NCBI GenBank assembly: GCA_002633005.1
Contig: NMRA01000178.1
Coordinates: forward strand, 131,395-195,394
Length of the DNA stretch: 64,000 nucleotides
Source: Phoronis australis
Taxonomy: Eukaryota; Animalia; Phoronida
Reading direction: 5' to 3'
In this document: positions 1 to 12,038 of the stretch, piece by piece
Numbering within the stretch: the first letter of the stretch is position 1
How the letters are laid out: each line of letters begins with the position of its first letter
Program-made: the position numbers and the translations under genes
The notes under the pieces: model-generated
Seen by the model: only the letters and a program-made list of their open reading frames with translations
Told to the model about the DNA's origin: nothing
Database searches by the model: none

Positions 1-502
1 ATCATAGTGTCATGATAAGTGGCTGACAAAGATGCCTGTGAACAAGCTAAGGCTGAATCTGTCTACAACTCAAAGTCAAAACTGTCGAAGGACAGAAATC
101 TGTAGCCTGCTTGACTGGACAGAGCCAGCAAAAGACAAAACGTTTCAAGAAATGCTATTTGGAGTCATATAGTCAGAACACAAAAGACAGTTGAGTTGTA
201 GTCTCTTCGAGAAAGAGATCCCCGAATAGAACGAGTCCCATACCATAGCCTAAAGCAATGTGCCACAAGGCAAGTGAGAGGAGTGTAGTAATTGCCGAAA
301 TCACCAATTCACACACAGGAATCGAACAAGCGACCACAATAAAACGAGCAAGGATGCTTAGGGTTAGTTTACCCATAAGCACCTGGCTATGGCATAGCTT
401 ATGCCTATGGCTATGCCTATGCCATGCCCTAACATGGGCCATGGCTTACCAACTGAACTTGACTGTACAGTGTCAACAATCAACAACTGCAAAGTGGCTT
501 AC

Positions 503-706
503 AGATTTCATTAACTTTCTAGACTTGTACTGATCCTGGAATGTCTCGGGATTCTCAAATATTTCTTTTAAGCGCTGAAAAGTCGGCATTGTCGTGCCTG
601 AACCCTGTGCCTGAACCGAGTAACGGACCCTGCACAACTGGACACACACTTGAGAACTTTCAGCGAACCCGGAAGTAGGGAACACTGGTTGCCGCTGGGT
701 GGCCAT
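503..706 (-). CDS. Probable first coding exon of an unidentified gene continuing off the left edge
   Basis: ORF MATQRQPVFP...YKSRKLMKS followed by a strong phase-0 donor (TCT|GTAAGC). Lies head-to-head with TMEM9 across an ETS-motif region. No recognised domain. Confidence 0.5.
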
Positions 707-985
707 TAGGAGAACGACATGGGATTTTCATTTTTGCAAAAATAAGCTCAAATATAGTTTTTTAATCTTTTATATTGGAATAGGTCAATAATTCAACCAA
801 TAATTGGAACTATAACGCATTTAACTTGCACACAAGGCAGGGCAGGAAGTGACTTCCGCCACTTACGACTTTGCGACTTTCTGCGGATAATTAAAATCAG
901 AAGTCTCGAAATGTTTTCGACTTCAACTGTGCTGTTTTCTTGATGGTGTCAATTGTGAAACTTGGAAGCATTCTACTTTTTAAGG
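707..985. promoter_or_regulatory. Bidirectional promoter between the unidentified gene and TMEM9
   Basis: Divergent ATGs 279 bp apart. Inverted ETS/GABP pair CAGGAAGTGACTTCCGCC at ~843-860. CCAAT/ATTGG at ~797-807. Confidence 0.6.
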
Positions 986-3900
986 ATGTTGTACTTGGCC
1001 ATATTTTTGATGAGTTTTGTGATATCTGTGTTGGTAAGTTATGTTGAGTAGGCAGTCAACAGCACGGGAGCTTATCTAGGCAATGACCATCGCCTCTGTT
1101 GAGTGTTGGCCCTGTTGCAGACCAAGTAGGCCACCCGACCAAGACGGACCAAGTTAACTTGGTCGGCTTACATGGTCGGACCTCGCAGACCAAGTAGATA
1201 CCTCCGACCGAGTTGCAAGGTACCGTTGATACCTGAATGTTTGCCATAGTGTTATAATATGAANGGAACTGAAATAGGGACTGCTCGACGAAAAAGTTTC
1301 ATAACGGGAGTATTTGTTCGAGTTGGAAGGAATTAAACACATCGACAACCTCTTAAGGTGTTCCTCTATGCGCAAAAGGTATTTGTAACAACGTGACTTT
1401 GTTGGTTTAGTCGGTGCGAGGCATAATTCGCCGAAAAGCTTCCGGCGTACAGAGCGCCTATAGCCTCTACATCGCCTCTGCTTCGGGCCAACAGAGGCGA
1501 TGGTCATTGCCTAGAGCTTATCTTGATCTGATTGCATACGACATCTCTCATACATTATGTTTGTTATGTCGTGTAATATTGCATATATAGTGTATGAGAG
1601 GTACCGTACATGCTAGAAATACCGCCTGAAGTTGAAGAGGCCCTGGGGGATGTTATCTTTTTGAAGGCACTTTACAACACTTCGGCATATTTTGGCTAAG
1701 GCAGGGCTAAGCTGAGCATTACTCCATTAGGCTGTTGGACAGTAACCGCTGTCTCTAACTGGCCAGTGGAGACGGTGAAGCTCCTATACGCTGGAAGCTT
1801 TTTGGAGAATTATGCCTCACACTGATTAAGATATCAAAGTCACGTACCTTTTGCGTATAAATGGACACCTTAGGTCTTAGGAGGCCGTCAATGTCTTTAA
1901 TTCCTTCCAACTAGAACAAATACTCCCGTTATCAAACTTTTTCTTTAAGCAGTCCTTCATTCAGTCCCCAAAATTGGAAACTGGCCATTTTTACACAGGG
2001 CACGCCAGGGGATATGGCGTCATACCACCTGCCACGTAGCAGCATCAAATACAAAAGCAAGCAGTGGATTGGCATCTGTGCTGAGTGTCTAATATGGAAA
2101 TATCTAGGTTAAACATTTTTAAGTTTGGTCTGCTCTCCACGTGTTGGCCACATCACGTGACCCAATGAAATTTATAAGTCTGAAAAGATTTCTGCCCCGA
2201 CCAGGACAAACGCGGGACCTTCTCCTAAATGTGCAGATGCTACATAGTCTGTTGAGCACAGTAATCGAATCACACCTAGTAATGGGCATCCCGCCCTTGA
2301 ACTCATGAATTCCCACAGTGTAACACTTTAAAGGAATTTCTACGCTGTCCTGTGCTATGCAAGAATATTCCAAGATCGCGCAGATTCTTTCATGTTATGG
2401 AACATAGCTTTTAATGGCATCACCTTTTACTATATTTTGTTTTGCTCACCTTTTACCCAGATGGTTGCAAAGCTGCACATTTATACAGCTCAGCACCAAG
2501 GCTAACTTGTGAGTCATTTTAGTTTCAAGTCACTTCTCATATAATTTACTACCTATGGGAAGAACTTTGAATTAATAAGAATCGCACAATTATCCAGTCT
2601 TGTTCTTGGTGTATCCTTGCACCAATTTTGAAAGTTGTAGAGCAGCTAGTTGATATTTGAATCGAAGTTAAAGAATTTTGGTCAAACTTCTGTATGATGT
2701 TGTTGAATAACCGAAGTAAACCATGACGTTTAACTGCTAAATTTTTTATCAAAACAAAACTGTTATGTAGTGATTGAGAGCATTTTGCACTCAGAATTTT
2801 GCCTACAATTCAATTTAAGTTTTCATGTAAACCCAGACCAATTTTTAACGTTTGTTGTTTTAGTGGGATCTGATTAGAGCGACAAAAAATGATTTCTTAT
2901 TTATAGATACTGTATGCTTTTAAGTCAGATAAATAAGTACCTGGAAAGAATAATTGTTTGCAATTCAAAAATTTTATTGGCACTTGCGACCATCTGCTGA
3001 CATCCATGCTACCGTGATCTAGGTCACTGTATGTCAGCCTCGAGTTACTCTTTACTGCTACTGTTCCAAATCCAAAAACAAAACTTACAAAAGTTGTTTG
3101 AATTTAGTGTCTGGTTGATGTTTGATGAGCCAAAACTCTAAGTGTTCTGGAAATGGGACATTGACTGTATTCTGTATTCTATGACTGAGAGTCCTGTTCA
3201 GTTGTTCAGTTGAGAGTTCAGTAACAGTGTTCATGGATACGCAAGCTTATCTCGATCTCTTTTGAACATAACTCATCGTCAGGGAGAAACCAATATTAGG
3301 GTTGCTAGCAACTGACAAGTGTGTCATGCTATGGTGAGATGAGAACGAAGTTTGTGTGGCAGCCAATGTTCATCGAGTGCAACTGAAGTTCCAGTCCAAA
3401 CATGCATGATGATATATGAAAGACGTGTTCTAAATATATTGAGATAAGCATCCATGCTCTTGGCTATAAAATCACATTGATTAAATACCTCAAATATTTG
3501 GTGCTTCCCGGGAGTGGAACTTACGACCCATGACTCAAGAGCCAAGGGCGTAACCAGTCGGCAAAGAGAAGTTGCACAAAGGCCAACTGAATTGGGCAGG
3601 CTTAGTGCAGTTTACTGGAAGTCTCACAGACTGTTTCCCATAGTCTAGCCACTGAACCAGTAATCGAACCCACAACCAAGTTATGCATCTTAACCATTCA
3701 AATATCACGCATGTAAAAGTCTTCAGTTGTGCCAAGCAATACAAATCTTGTCATTGTTTTGGTCCATCCCTGCAGGCTGACTATGAAGATATCCGATGTG
3801 TGTGCGTCTGCCCTCCATTGGCAGCCAACTCAACTATGAAAGCTAAGAAGGTATACAGGCTGCCCAACCTGACTCCTGAGAACTGGTAAGATGTAACATG

Positions 3901-6494
3901 GAGGCTGATTAGAATGAAAACTGAAATGTGATATAATGTATGTCTTTGTAATTATTATTATTATGTAATCTACATCCAGGTATTGAGTGTGGTCTCAATG
4001 TACTGACAGGATTATTGCTGTGCTGAGTTTGTAGGGCTCTTAATCCCTCGATTTTAGGCCGAACATCAACCCCATGTTAAGTCCATTTCCCTACTCTCTG
4101 AAAAATGTTGCAAAATCTCAAGAAATTCCCCTCATGAAGCCCAGAAATTTCCCTCAAGTGGTTGAAAAATTCTACTTGAGTTTCGAATCACTTGTAGCTC
4201 ACACAGGTGACAATTTGAAAGAGCACATAAGAGGTGTAGGGGGGGCTGTTGGTGGTAATTGGGGGGTAGAATTTCCCCCCTCACCCTAAAAAATTCTCCT
4301 CTCAAAAGGCACAGGTGCCTTTCCCCTAAGGTGATTGAGGGGCCTGACTTGTCACATCCATAGATGAAGAAAAATATTAAGTGGGGGTGGATAGAATTCC
4401 TTTAAAGTGGTAAAACTTCTCTGTGTGTTTGATTAGATTAGCTTGGATAATTGTCATTTGTGTCAGCAGTTGTGTCATTGTGATTACTGTCTCCTGTTCA
4501 TTTTGTCTAGCAACTGTGAGTACGTACTGGATCAGATCAACGTGGCCAGCCTGACTCCAAAGGAACTGACACAGTTTTGTCTACGATGTCAGTGTCAATA
4601 TGAGAAGAGACAGACAACAACTATAAAGGTATGGTGTCATAGTTCACTGGAGCGACACCAGGTGGCACTGGTGATCAGAAACCATTGACAATAAAATAGT
4701 TACACAACTGATATAAACTCTGGTTCATCAGAATGAATCCATTGATGTTTAGATCTTAATTACTGCCATTATGATCACGATGCTTGATGCTCAAACTCTC
4801 AACAGCCATTTTTAAAATCCGATCAATAGATGTCACCGAGTAAGTCTAGCAAACAATTTGTAATAAGATAAAAGTCGACCATCGAGGATGGTTTTTACTT
4901 TCACAAATGCAGTATTCGTGCATATAAAATTCAATAGCAGCATTTGCATCCTATGTGGATGGTCTCTGAATCACAGTTACTGTGTGCACATTGAAGTTTG
5001 TGATAATTGTGATAACGCAGTCACACATCCGTTGAATTTTCTTACAACTGTTTGCATTCAGAGACTTTGATGTTACCGAGTTGTCGCTGTAGACTTTCTT
5101 TTTTACAGGCATTAAAATAGTGAGCAGTGAATAGGCCAGAGGAGTGTATTGGCAATGGATTGTTTGTTTGGTGTGGGAATCACTGACAATAAACTGTCAG
5201 CTTTTTGTTTGATTAGGAAGATATTTATACTAGTACTTAAGAGAAAGCAGGGGTTCGACATGAATACTAATACTAATACTATTATTTATCAACAACATGG
5301 TACAACCTCGTATGTTTCACTGGATTACCTCCCATGGTATTTCCCTGGAGTTGGACTTATCTGGCATTGCACAGCCCGAACACTCACTTGATCTTTCCAT
5401 GAAAACTGTTTCCTTTGAGGATTTGTGGGTACTCTCGTGTGCACACTATATTCATGTGTATACTTGTGAGTTCGACAGTTGTTAAAAAGTTCTTGTGGAT
5501 ACCAAAAGGAAACGGACAAAAGGGCTCATTATTCAGCATCGTTGAAGCTGAGCGCAAGAAAAATTCCATGTTACTTATCTGTTATTCTGCCAGGTTATCA
5601 GATTCACCGTGACCATGTTATTCATCTAGTACATGTTATTCTCCACAGGTTATAGCTGGTCATATTCACTATGTATATCGTTACCATGTTATTTGTCTGG
5701 TTCATACTATTTGTCTAGCACCTTGTTATTCTCCACAGGTTATGGTCATATTCATCATCTGCATTGTTACCATGTTATTTGTCTACATGTTATTCCTGCT
5801 AATCCTGGATCCACTCATGAACAAGACAAGCCCGTCATACAGACCTCATGTGGACGAACACATTGAAGTGGTGAGTGATTTTGCTGCACTGATTAAACCT
5901 GCTACTGAAATTATAATTTTATTTATATTGTAACAAAAACCATCAGTTGTATGGAGGCCTAGTCGAGCTAAAAAATGTTCTTTCAGGTGTGTGAATTACT
6001 TCATTTCTTAGAAATTGTAAGTCAGAGTGAAACTGTTTGCTTTGTCATTTTTTGTGGGAACAGTGTGAAGTATTGCTTGATTCTGAGGCTGGACTATTAC
6101 TTTCAAATCAACATGTAGGACATGTTCAAGCTTGTTTAATCAAGCGTGGCAAGTAGGTCAATTGTATGTTAATCAAGCGTGGCAAGTAGGTCAATTGTAT
6201 GTTAATGCACGATATCAAGTTGAATTGATGAGAAATCTATCATCTCTCTGTGTTTCACTTGCGTGCAGCAGTAGTTGTTACTGGAGGAGATTCTATCCTC
6301 TTGCTAACTCTGATATCTTTGTGTGCTGTTTGTAGGATGACTTTGCTGCTGCAGGCGATACAGAATCTATAACTATACGACCAACACGGACTCGCAACGT
6401 TATGCAACGAGTGCGAAGTGAACAAGAGAAATGGAAAGACACGGTGGAAACACAGCGAAAACACATATTTGACAGGCATACTATGTTAAACTGA
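986..6494 (+). CDS. TMEM9: TMEM9/TMEM9B-family membrane protein, 5 coding exons
   Basis: Exons 986-1033, 3776-3885, 4511-4628, 5739-5870, 6336-6494 join in frame with GT-AG. Signal peptide MLYLAIFLMSFVISVLA, then YEDIRCVCVCPP, FCLRCQCQYEKRQTTTIKV, TM segment ...LFVYMLFLLILDPL and C-terminus QEKWKDTVETQRKHIFDRHTMLN*, all typical of the family. Confidence 0.95.
1077..1513. mobile_element. Mutator-like MITE (foldback family, variant copy)
   Basis: TIR TAGGCAATGACCATCGCCTCTGTTG at both ends. Exact 9-bp TSD GAGCTTATC (1068-1076, 1514-1522). Right part is homologous to the arm of the 26174-26748 element. Confidence 0.85.
1736..2040. mobile_element. Foldback MITE family, left arm plus centre
   Basis: Colinear similarity to 26174-26460 (GAATTATGCCTCACACTGA, AAATACTCCCG, GCGTCATACCACCTG). 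Confidence 0.8.
3500..3570 (-). mobile_element. Degenerate tRNA-derived SINE head
   Basis: Minus strand reads GCCGACTGGTTACGCCCTTGGCTCTTGAGTCATGGGTCGTAAGTTCCACTCCCGGG, with A-box-like and B-box-like motifs at tRNA spacing. Confidence 0.4.
4032..4346. mobile_element. Degenerate hAT-like non-autonomous element
   Basis: Imperfect termini TAGGGCTCTTAATCCC / GTGATTGAGGGGCCTG with internal AATTCCC motifs. No clean TSD. Confidence 0.35.
5566..5800 (+). repeat. Degenerate tandem duplications of the TMEM9 exon-4 acceptor and exon start
   Basis: TGTTATTCTCCACAGGTTAT occurs at ~5633 and at ~5724 (the true acceptor). TGTTATTCTGCCAGGTTAT at ~5580. GTTACCATGTTATTTGTCT is also repeated. Confidence 0.8.
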
Positions 6495-6588
6495 AATGTG
6501 TGCTTGGTGTGTTTTTGCTTTGCTGGATAAGTTCTGTTCTCCTTGACTCCTGAGCTTGAAGAAAATTAATGAAAGCACAGAACTGACA

Positions 6589-6676
6589 CGAGTTGGTGCC
6601 TGGTCAAAGGTCAGACATGAGTCAGTGCCTGGTGAAAGATCAGACATGAGTCAGTGCCAGGTCAAAGGTCAGACAT
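6589..6676. repeat. 29-bp tandem repeat x3 in the TMEM9 3' region
   Basis: Unit GAGTCAGTGCCTGGTCAAAGGTCAGACAT. Confidence 0.8.
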
Positions 6677-7588
6677 AATTCTCTTTGGTTAAAATGATGG
6701 TGAAGAGACAGTAACTGTTATATGTCTGAAGATTGAATTTTGAGGCAAGTTCTTTTACAGCACACATTATAAGGTAGTGCTGGGGTTATTTATTACTGGT
6801 GATATTCGACTATTCCTTGTGTAGGGCACAGTTACCTCAAGATGTATGTTGACTCCGTTCTGTAGATAGTGCTCACAATAGAGTGACAAGATGAGCCTTG
6901 TAAATCTAGAAAATCCTTGTCATGGGATTGTCGCTTGTGAACAGATATGCTAAGCCGTGTTTCATGTGTGTCGTAGCTGTTTAGAGCAAATCAGTTTCTA
7001 ATTGTAATGTTTGTATTTACCTTTTAATTTCCGGTCTATTTTTTTCTCAACTAAATTCCTTTATGAGTTTTGCTTTGTTTTTGACTCATGTTAAATACTC
7101 GTTTGGTTTGCTATGTAAGCCTGTGATGTTCCTTTAGGTCAGTCTTAGTGGATTCTGTTGTCTTCAACTGTGATGATTTCATAAATCATGAAAGAAGTTT
7201 TATTCTGATTAATATTCAGATTGATATTTTATAATTTGTTACCGTGGTGATTGTTAACTGTATTTATAGTTTAGTAATGACTGTGTTAAGGTTAACTTTG
7301 AGATTCACTTGTGTAGACCATGTCATGGTAACATGGATTGTTATTCTTCCAAGGTTGATGCTTTAAAAAGTAAGTTAATCATTACTTTAGCTGGATTTGA
7401 ACTAGTTTAACGTCATATGCTTCTTGTGCAAACCCAATTAGATACAAAGCTTTGATTTTGGAAGGAAAAACTCAAATTTCTGTGAAATGTTCCCTGTCGG
7501 AATGACATGAATCTCTCATACGGTGTGTTGTTTTTGACAAGTTTTACAGTTATTCAGTCTGACTATGCCACAAATGTATGACTTTCTT

Positions 7589-7708
7589 CAGTCACAGACG
7601 TGTCAGTTACTGACCTGTCACGGTTACAGACATGTCAGTCACAGACGTGTCAGTCACAGATGTGTCACAGTTGCAGACGTGTCACAATCACAGACGTGTC
7701 AGTCACAG
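7589..7708. repeat. ~15-bp minisatellite
   Basis: Unit CAGTCACAGACGTGT, about 7-8 imperfect copies. Confidence 0.85.
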
Positions 7709-10700
7709 TTGTGTTGTTGAATGATCATTTGTGCACATTGAAACTTGCGTGGAAAACCACTCATTAAATCTGAACTCCCTACGATCATGATGACAAAAAA
7801 ATTCCCATGCAAATCATTACGGCGATGATTTTGGTTTGCTCAAGTAAAGTTCCAAGTGTATTAGCATTCCTTCCTCTGCAGCTGGCCCTCTGTACATCTG
7901 AGTATGCTGAGAGTAGGTGAACAAGTGCTTGCCAATAAAAGTTGTTATATCTTGAATGGGACGTCACATTTCTCTGTTTTTCATTTTCATCACAGTGGCA
8001 AAAGCTGGTCAAACGAATTGTATTTGAGTAAAAAAAAATGACAGGCATAACTTGGGTGAATGTATTAGTCTAAAATCCTTCAATGAAGCCAATAACACTG
8101 AGACAGGTGCCATGGCAAGGCTCTGTATGACAAAATTATAATGGCTTCAAACCAGTGTTCAGTCCAAGAAGCCAACTAACTAAGACCATTTTCTGTTATA
8201 AAATTGTTCCTTACTTGGATGATAAGTGATTTCTTGGTTAGAAAAGAACTGACAATTCATAGAGACTGTTAAGCACATAAAATGACACACCGTGACAACT
8301 GAACTTGAAGAGCATGGTCTCTAGTAACCACGAGTTATCAGTTCCACCAAATCCCTGAAATCACCTCTGTTTTGACTAAGGAATAATTTGGGACTATTTT
8401 CATTACATCGGGAAGAGATAACTCTCCCTGATTACATTGGGTGGTTTAAATCAAAATCTGGGTTTAGCTGCTTCAAGGTTTTCTGCTTGAAAAGTCGTAA
8501 GAATGTCATATAGATGAATTCACTTACAAATGAAAGATTTCCTGTATTCTGTCAAAAGTATGATACAGACAATGGCTATCTTTGTATTCCACGATTACAA
8601 GACGGTCGATTCATTTCATGGCACCAAACAGGTGACTGATAAATCAATTCATTCAATGGCACCAAACAGCTCAAACTAACTAGAAGTCCCTACACAACAT
8701 ATTGAAGACAACAGACTGCTAAGGTACATATTATGAACTTTACATCCTATAGCAAATTATGATTTGGCAGGTTGAGAATTTGAAAGACAAACCTGCGTAG
8801 ATCACGCCTCCAGCTGTCAAACACTCGTCACCAGATTATTGACGAAGGGAGACGACTTCGAACGTGTGAATGTTTATTGTAGTTTGTGAACACTGGAATT
8901 GATCAAAGTCTTTGTTCAGCAGCAAGTCTCATATTCCTCCAGAGACAATAATATCGTCAGTTAGTGGGTGACATGCACTTTTGATACGAAATAATAACGG
9001 AGACTGAAAATTCCAGTATTCTCAAATCAAAGCCTGGAACACAGGTTATCTTGTTTTGACATCACATTCTCACAATCCTTAACACTGTCGTATTATTGTT
9101 ACACGACCAATGACAGTTTCGTCCTCCGATTGGTTTAAATGCAGCGCAACAACTTCCAATATGAAGTATGTTATGTTGACCAACTTAATGTAGAGCATTA
9201 CTTTAATTTATCATTCATGCCACCAGACGTCGGATGACACTACATATGATATTACCAATCAGACGCTGTACAGACCTGACCATAAACCCTGAGATGACGA
9301 TGCAAGTTCACCAATGCATGAGAACAAGATAATCTAATAACAGACAAAAGAAGGGGAGGCAATAAGCCATGGTGGTCATGTAATCAAACAAATATTGAGC
9401 GATCCCATTGCCATATCAGACCATATGGACCTGATGTAAACCTCTGGATCGGCCCACAGTAGTATATCAGCACAGCATATTGCATTCATAAGAGACAATA
9501 ACCTATTGCACTGTAAGTTTATTAGCACATATACAAGACAGTTTCAATAAACAATACCACTGTAGTCTGTTTGACTTCCCTCTGTGCATCACACAGTAGC
9601 AAAAATAATTGCAACTCAACAGTGACCAATTACCATACAAGGCAGTAATTAAGGATATTGCAGTTAAAGTTATGATAGAGTGTTGTTTGATAAAAATGGG
9701 TGACAGGTATTTGTAAGGACATTGCACAGTGACAGTCTGCTTTCAACCTAATAACTTTACTTCACAGCTATAGAAGAAATGTTCTATACCAATCCATGGA
9801 CTATAATGGGACACTTTCAAATAGCAACCTGGCCACTGATCACATGGGACCAGATACCAGTGGCCTCTAGAGGACGATGAGGCTCGCTGCAACTTTTGTT
9901 TAAAACACACCATGTCTAATCACATACATTGTAAAAGGGTCTTTTTACAAACTTAGTCAAACTGTTCCCGTATGCTACCTACTGCGCAGACAAAATAACT
10001 CCTCGTACAGCTAGGCCACGATATGAGTCATCGATACCACATGATCAACCACCACTGCTTCCTGAAAGTCTCCAATCAACTAATGTTTCACAAGTAGACT
10101 GATTATAAGAACATCCGTGAGTGGACAGTTATATTTGGGAACCAAACACAGGAAAGATTGTCACAAATGGATCTAGCATATAATGTGAAGAATATATGAT
10201 TCAAATGAGAGAGATGAACATTGTGTAGAAGAGTATCATGGACACCAACAGCACCAAAATAACATTCAAAGAATTCCATAACAAACTATGTGGACGAACA
10301 CATTCAAGGATCTACATATTTTTAAATACAACAAAATAAATAAACAGGAGGCCAAATGAATTGAAAGGAGATAATTTTTCTCAAACATAACAAAATAAAT
10401 AAATCTAAAAATAAAATGTAAATTTTTCAACTGGGCAACAGCCGTAATTTATCAGCACTCAGTGAGATTCATTGTCACATGCAGCAGAGTGGACTGCTCA
10501 CATTAAGAACATAAAAATGCCACATACAAATATAGACTGATTCTGAAGGCAATACCAGGCCATAACCTGAGGCTAAAAGCCAATGAGGTCCACATGACCT
10601 GATACACACAATGGATCAATCTACATTTTGGTTTAATTACACGACCACTGATGACTTTTCGTTTCCTTTCCCTTACAGTTGATGTACTGACATCGTCTCC

Positions 10701-12038
10701 TCACCGTATGGTCAAGGTTTAAGGTTTCTAGATTGGCCAGATCGCAAATAGCAACTTTTGACACCATGGCGGCATGAAGTGATACTCCACACTAAGCTGG
10801 TCTATATTATGCTATATCAAAAGTTATTGTACCACATTTCAGCCAATCAAGAAACAGAAGCATCACTGGTCATGTAACATGTAATGTGCCCACACCAGAG
10901 ACACCTTGTGTCTGAAGACTTAAGGTTATGTTGGACCTTATCCACTCGCCTCTGGATATAGCCAAATATCTACAAAAGCATAAATTTCAACTTAGTAAAA
11001 GCATGTATTTTCTGAAAGTAGAAAGAAACTGTAGAATTTGATTCTTTGATTTTATCTACTATTAATAGGATCACCTGACTGTTTTTTAGTGAAATTAAGC
11101 AAAAAGAGAAAAGTTACATCCACACCAATGACATGGCCAACTTTTCTTTGATACAAAATGTACAAGGTGAAATCTCAAAAAAATAATGTTACAGTTTTCT
11201 AAATTATCATTTCGTTTTCATTTTATGCCACTTCTGATTTTTTCATGAAAAATCACAACAGTCCTATTTTTGATAGCCCCTCATGCAAAAGAGAAATGTT
11301 TTGAAAACAATGCCAACAGCATTTTTGAGAACAGTGCAGATAAAGCACAGTACATGAACGTTTCATATAAACCTCTATCAGTCCGAGATATGATGTTCCA
11401 AAGTGAGTCACGTTTGGCCATTTATATAGGGTCCTACATCACCTTAAGTCCTAACTACGTACCTGACACACAAAGTGAAACTGCACAATACTATTGACTT
11501 GATTTGTCTCACATTAATTCATGCAAGTGCGGTAAAATTTCACCAAATGAATGTAGGACACAATGGACAAGTGAAGTTATATTTTCATGGGATATTCTAC
11601 ATCAGCTTTTTTGTACCAATTTCAAAAGTTTTGCACTATAACTACTATCAAGCACTGCTTCAAAAAATTGTGGGCAACCACAAAATGTTTGAAGCGTATG
11701 AAAAAAATATTCAGCTATTACTTTTGTCCGATACTGGCGATATTTTACGGGCATAAATGTTTTCAACGATGGCTGAATATTAAATGTAATATCACTTCAC
11801 TGCTAACATTATTCTATACCAATTCTCCACCAATGACACGGCCAATGAATGGTATCCCGTTTACACAGACAGAAGTCAAAACAATGTGATAGACTTCCCG
11901 GGTAAGTTGTCACAAGGTACTCAAGGGGTGTGGCTACTGAGTTCATTTTACTGGGAACTGATCGACTGACAACTTGTTCCACAGCGCACTCTGCATGCTC
12001 TGACACTGTTTCTCTGTCCTCTTACGTCACAACCTTGC

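Noticed and set aside
7169-7208. C/D box-like GTGATGA...CTGA
   Set aside because: Too short and lacks a terminal stem. It lies in a 3' UTR rather than an intron.
8835-8875. Possible hammerhead remnant TGACGAAG...CTTCGAACGT
   Set aside because: Core and stems are too degenerate to support.
10288-10308. 20/21-nt match to TMEM9 exon 4 (~5848), potentially antisense if within the JIP1 3' UTR
   Set aside because: An isolated short match with no extension, compatible with chance.
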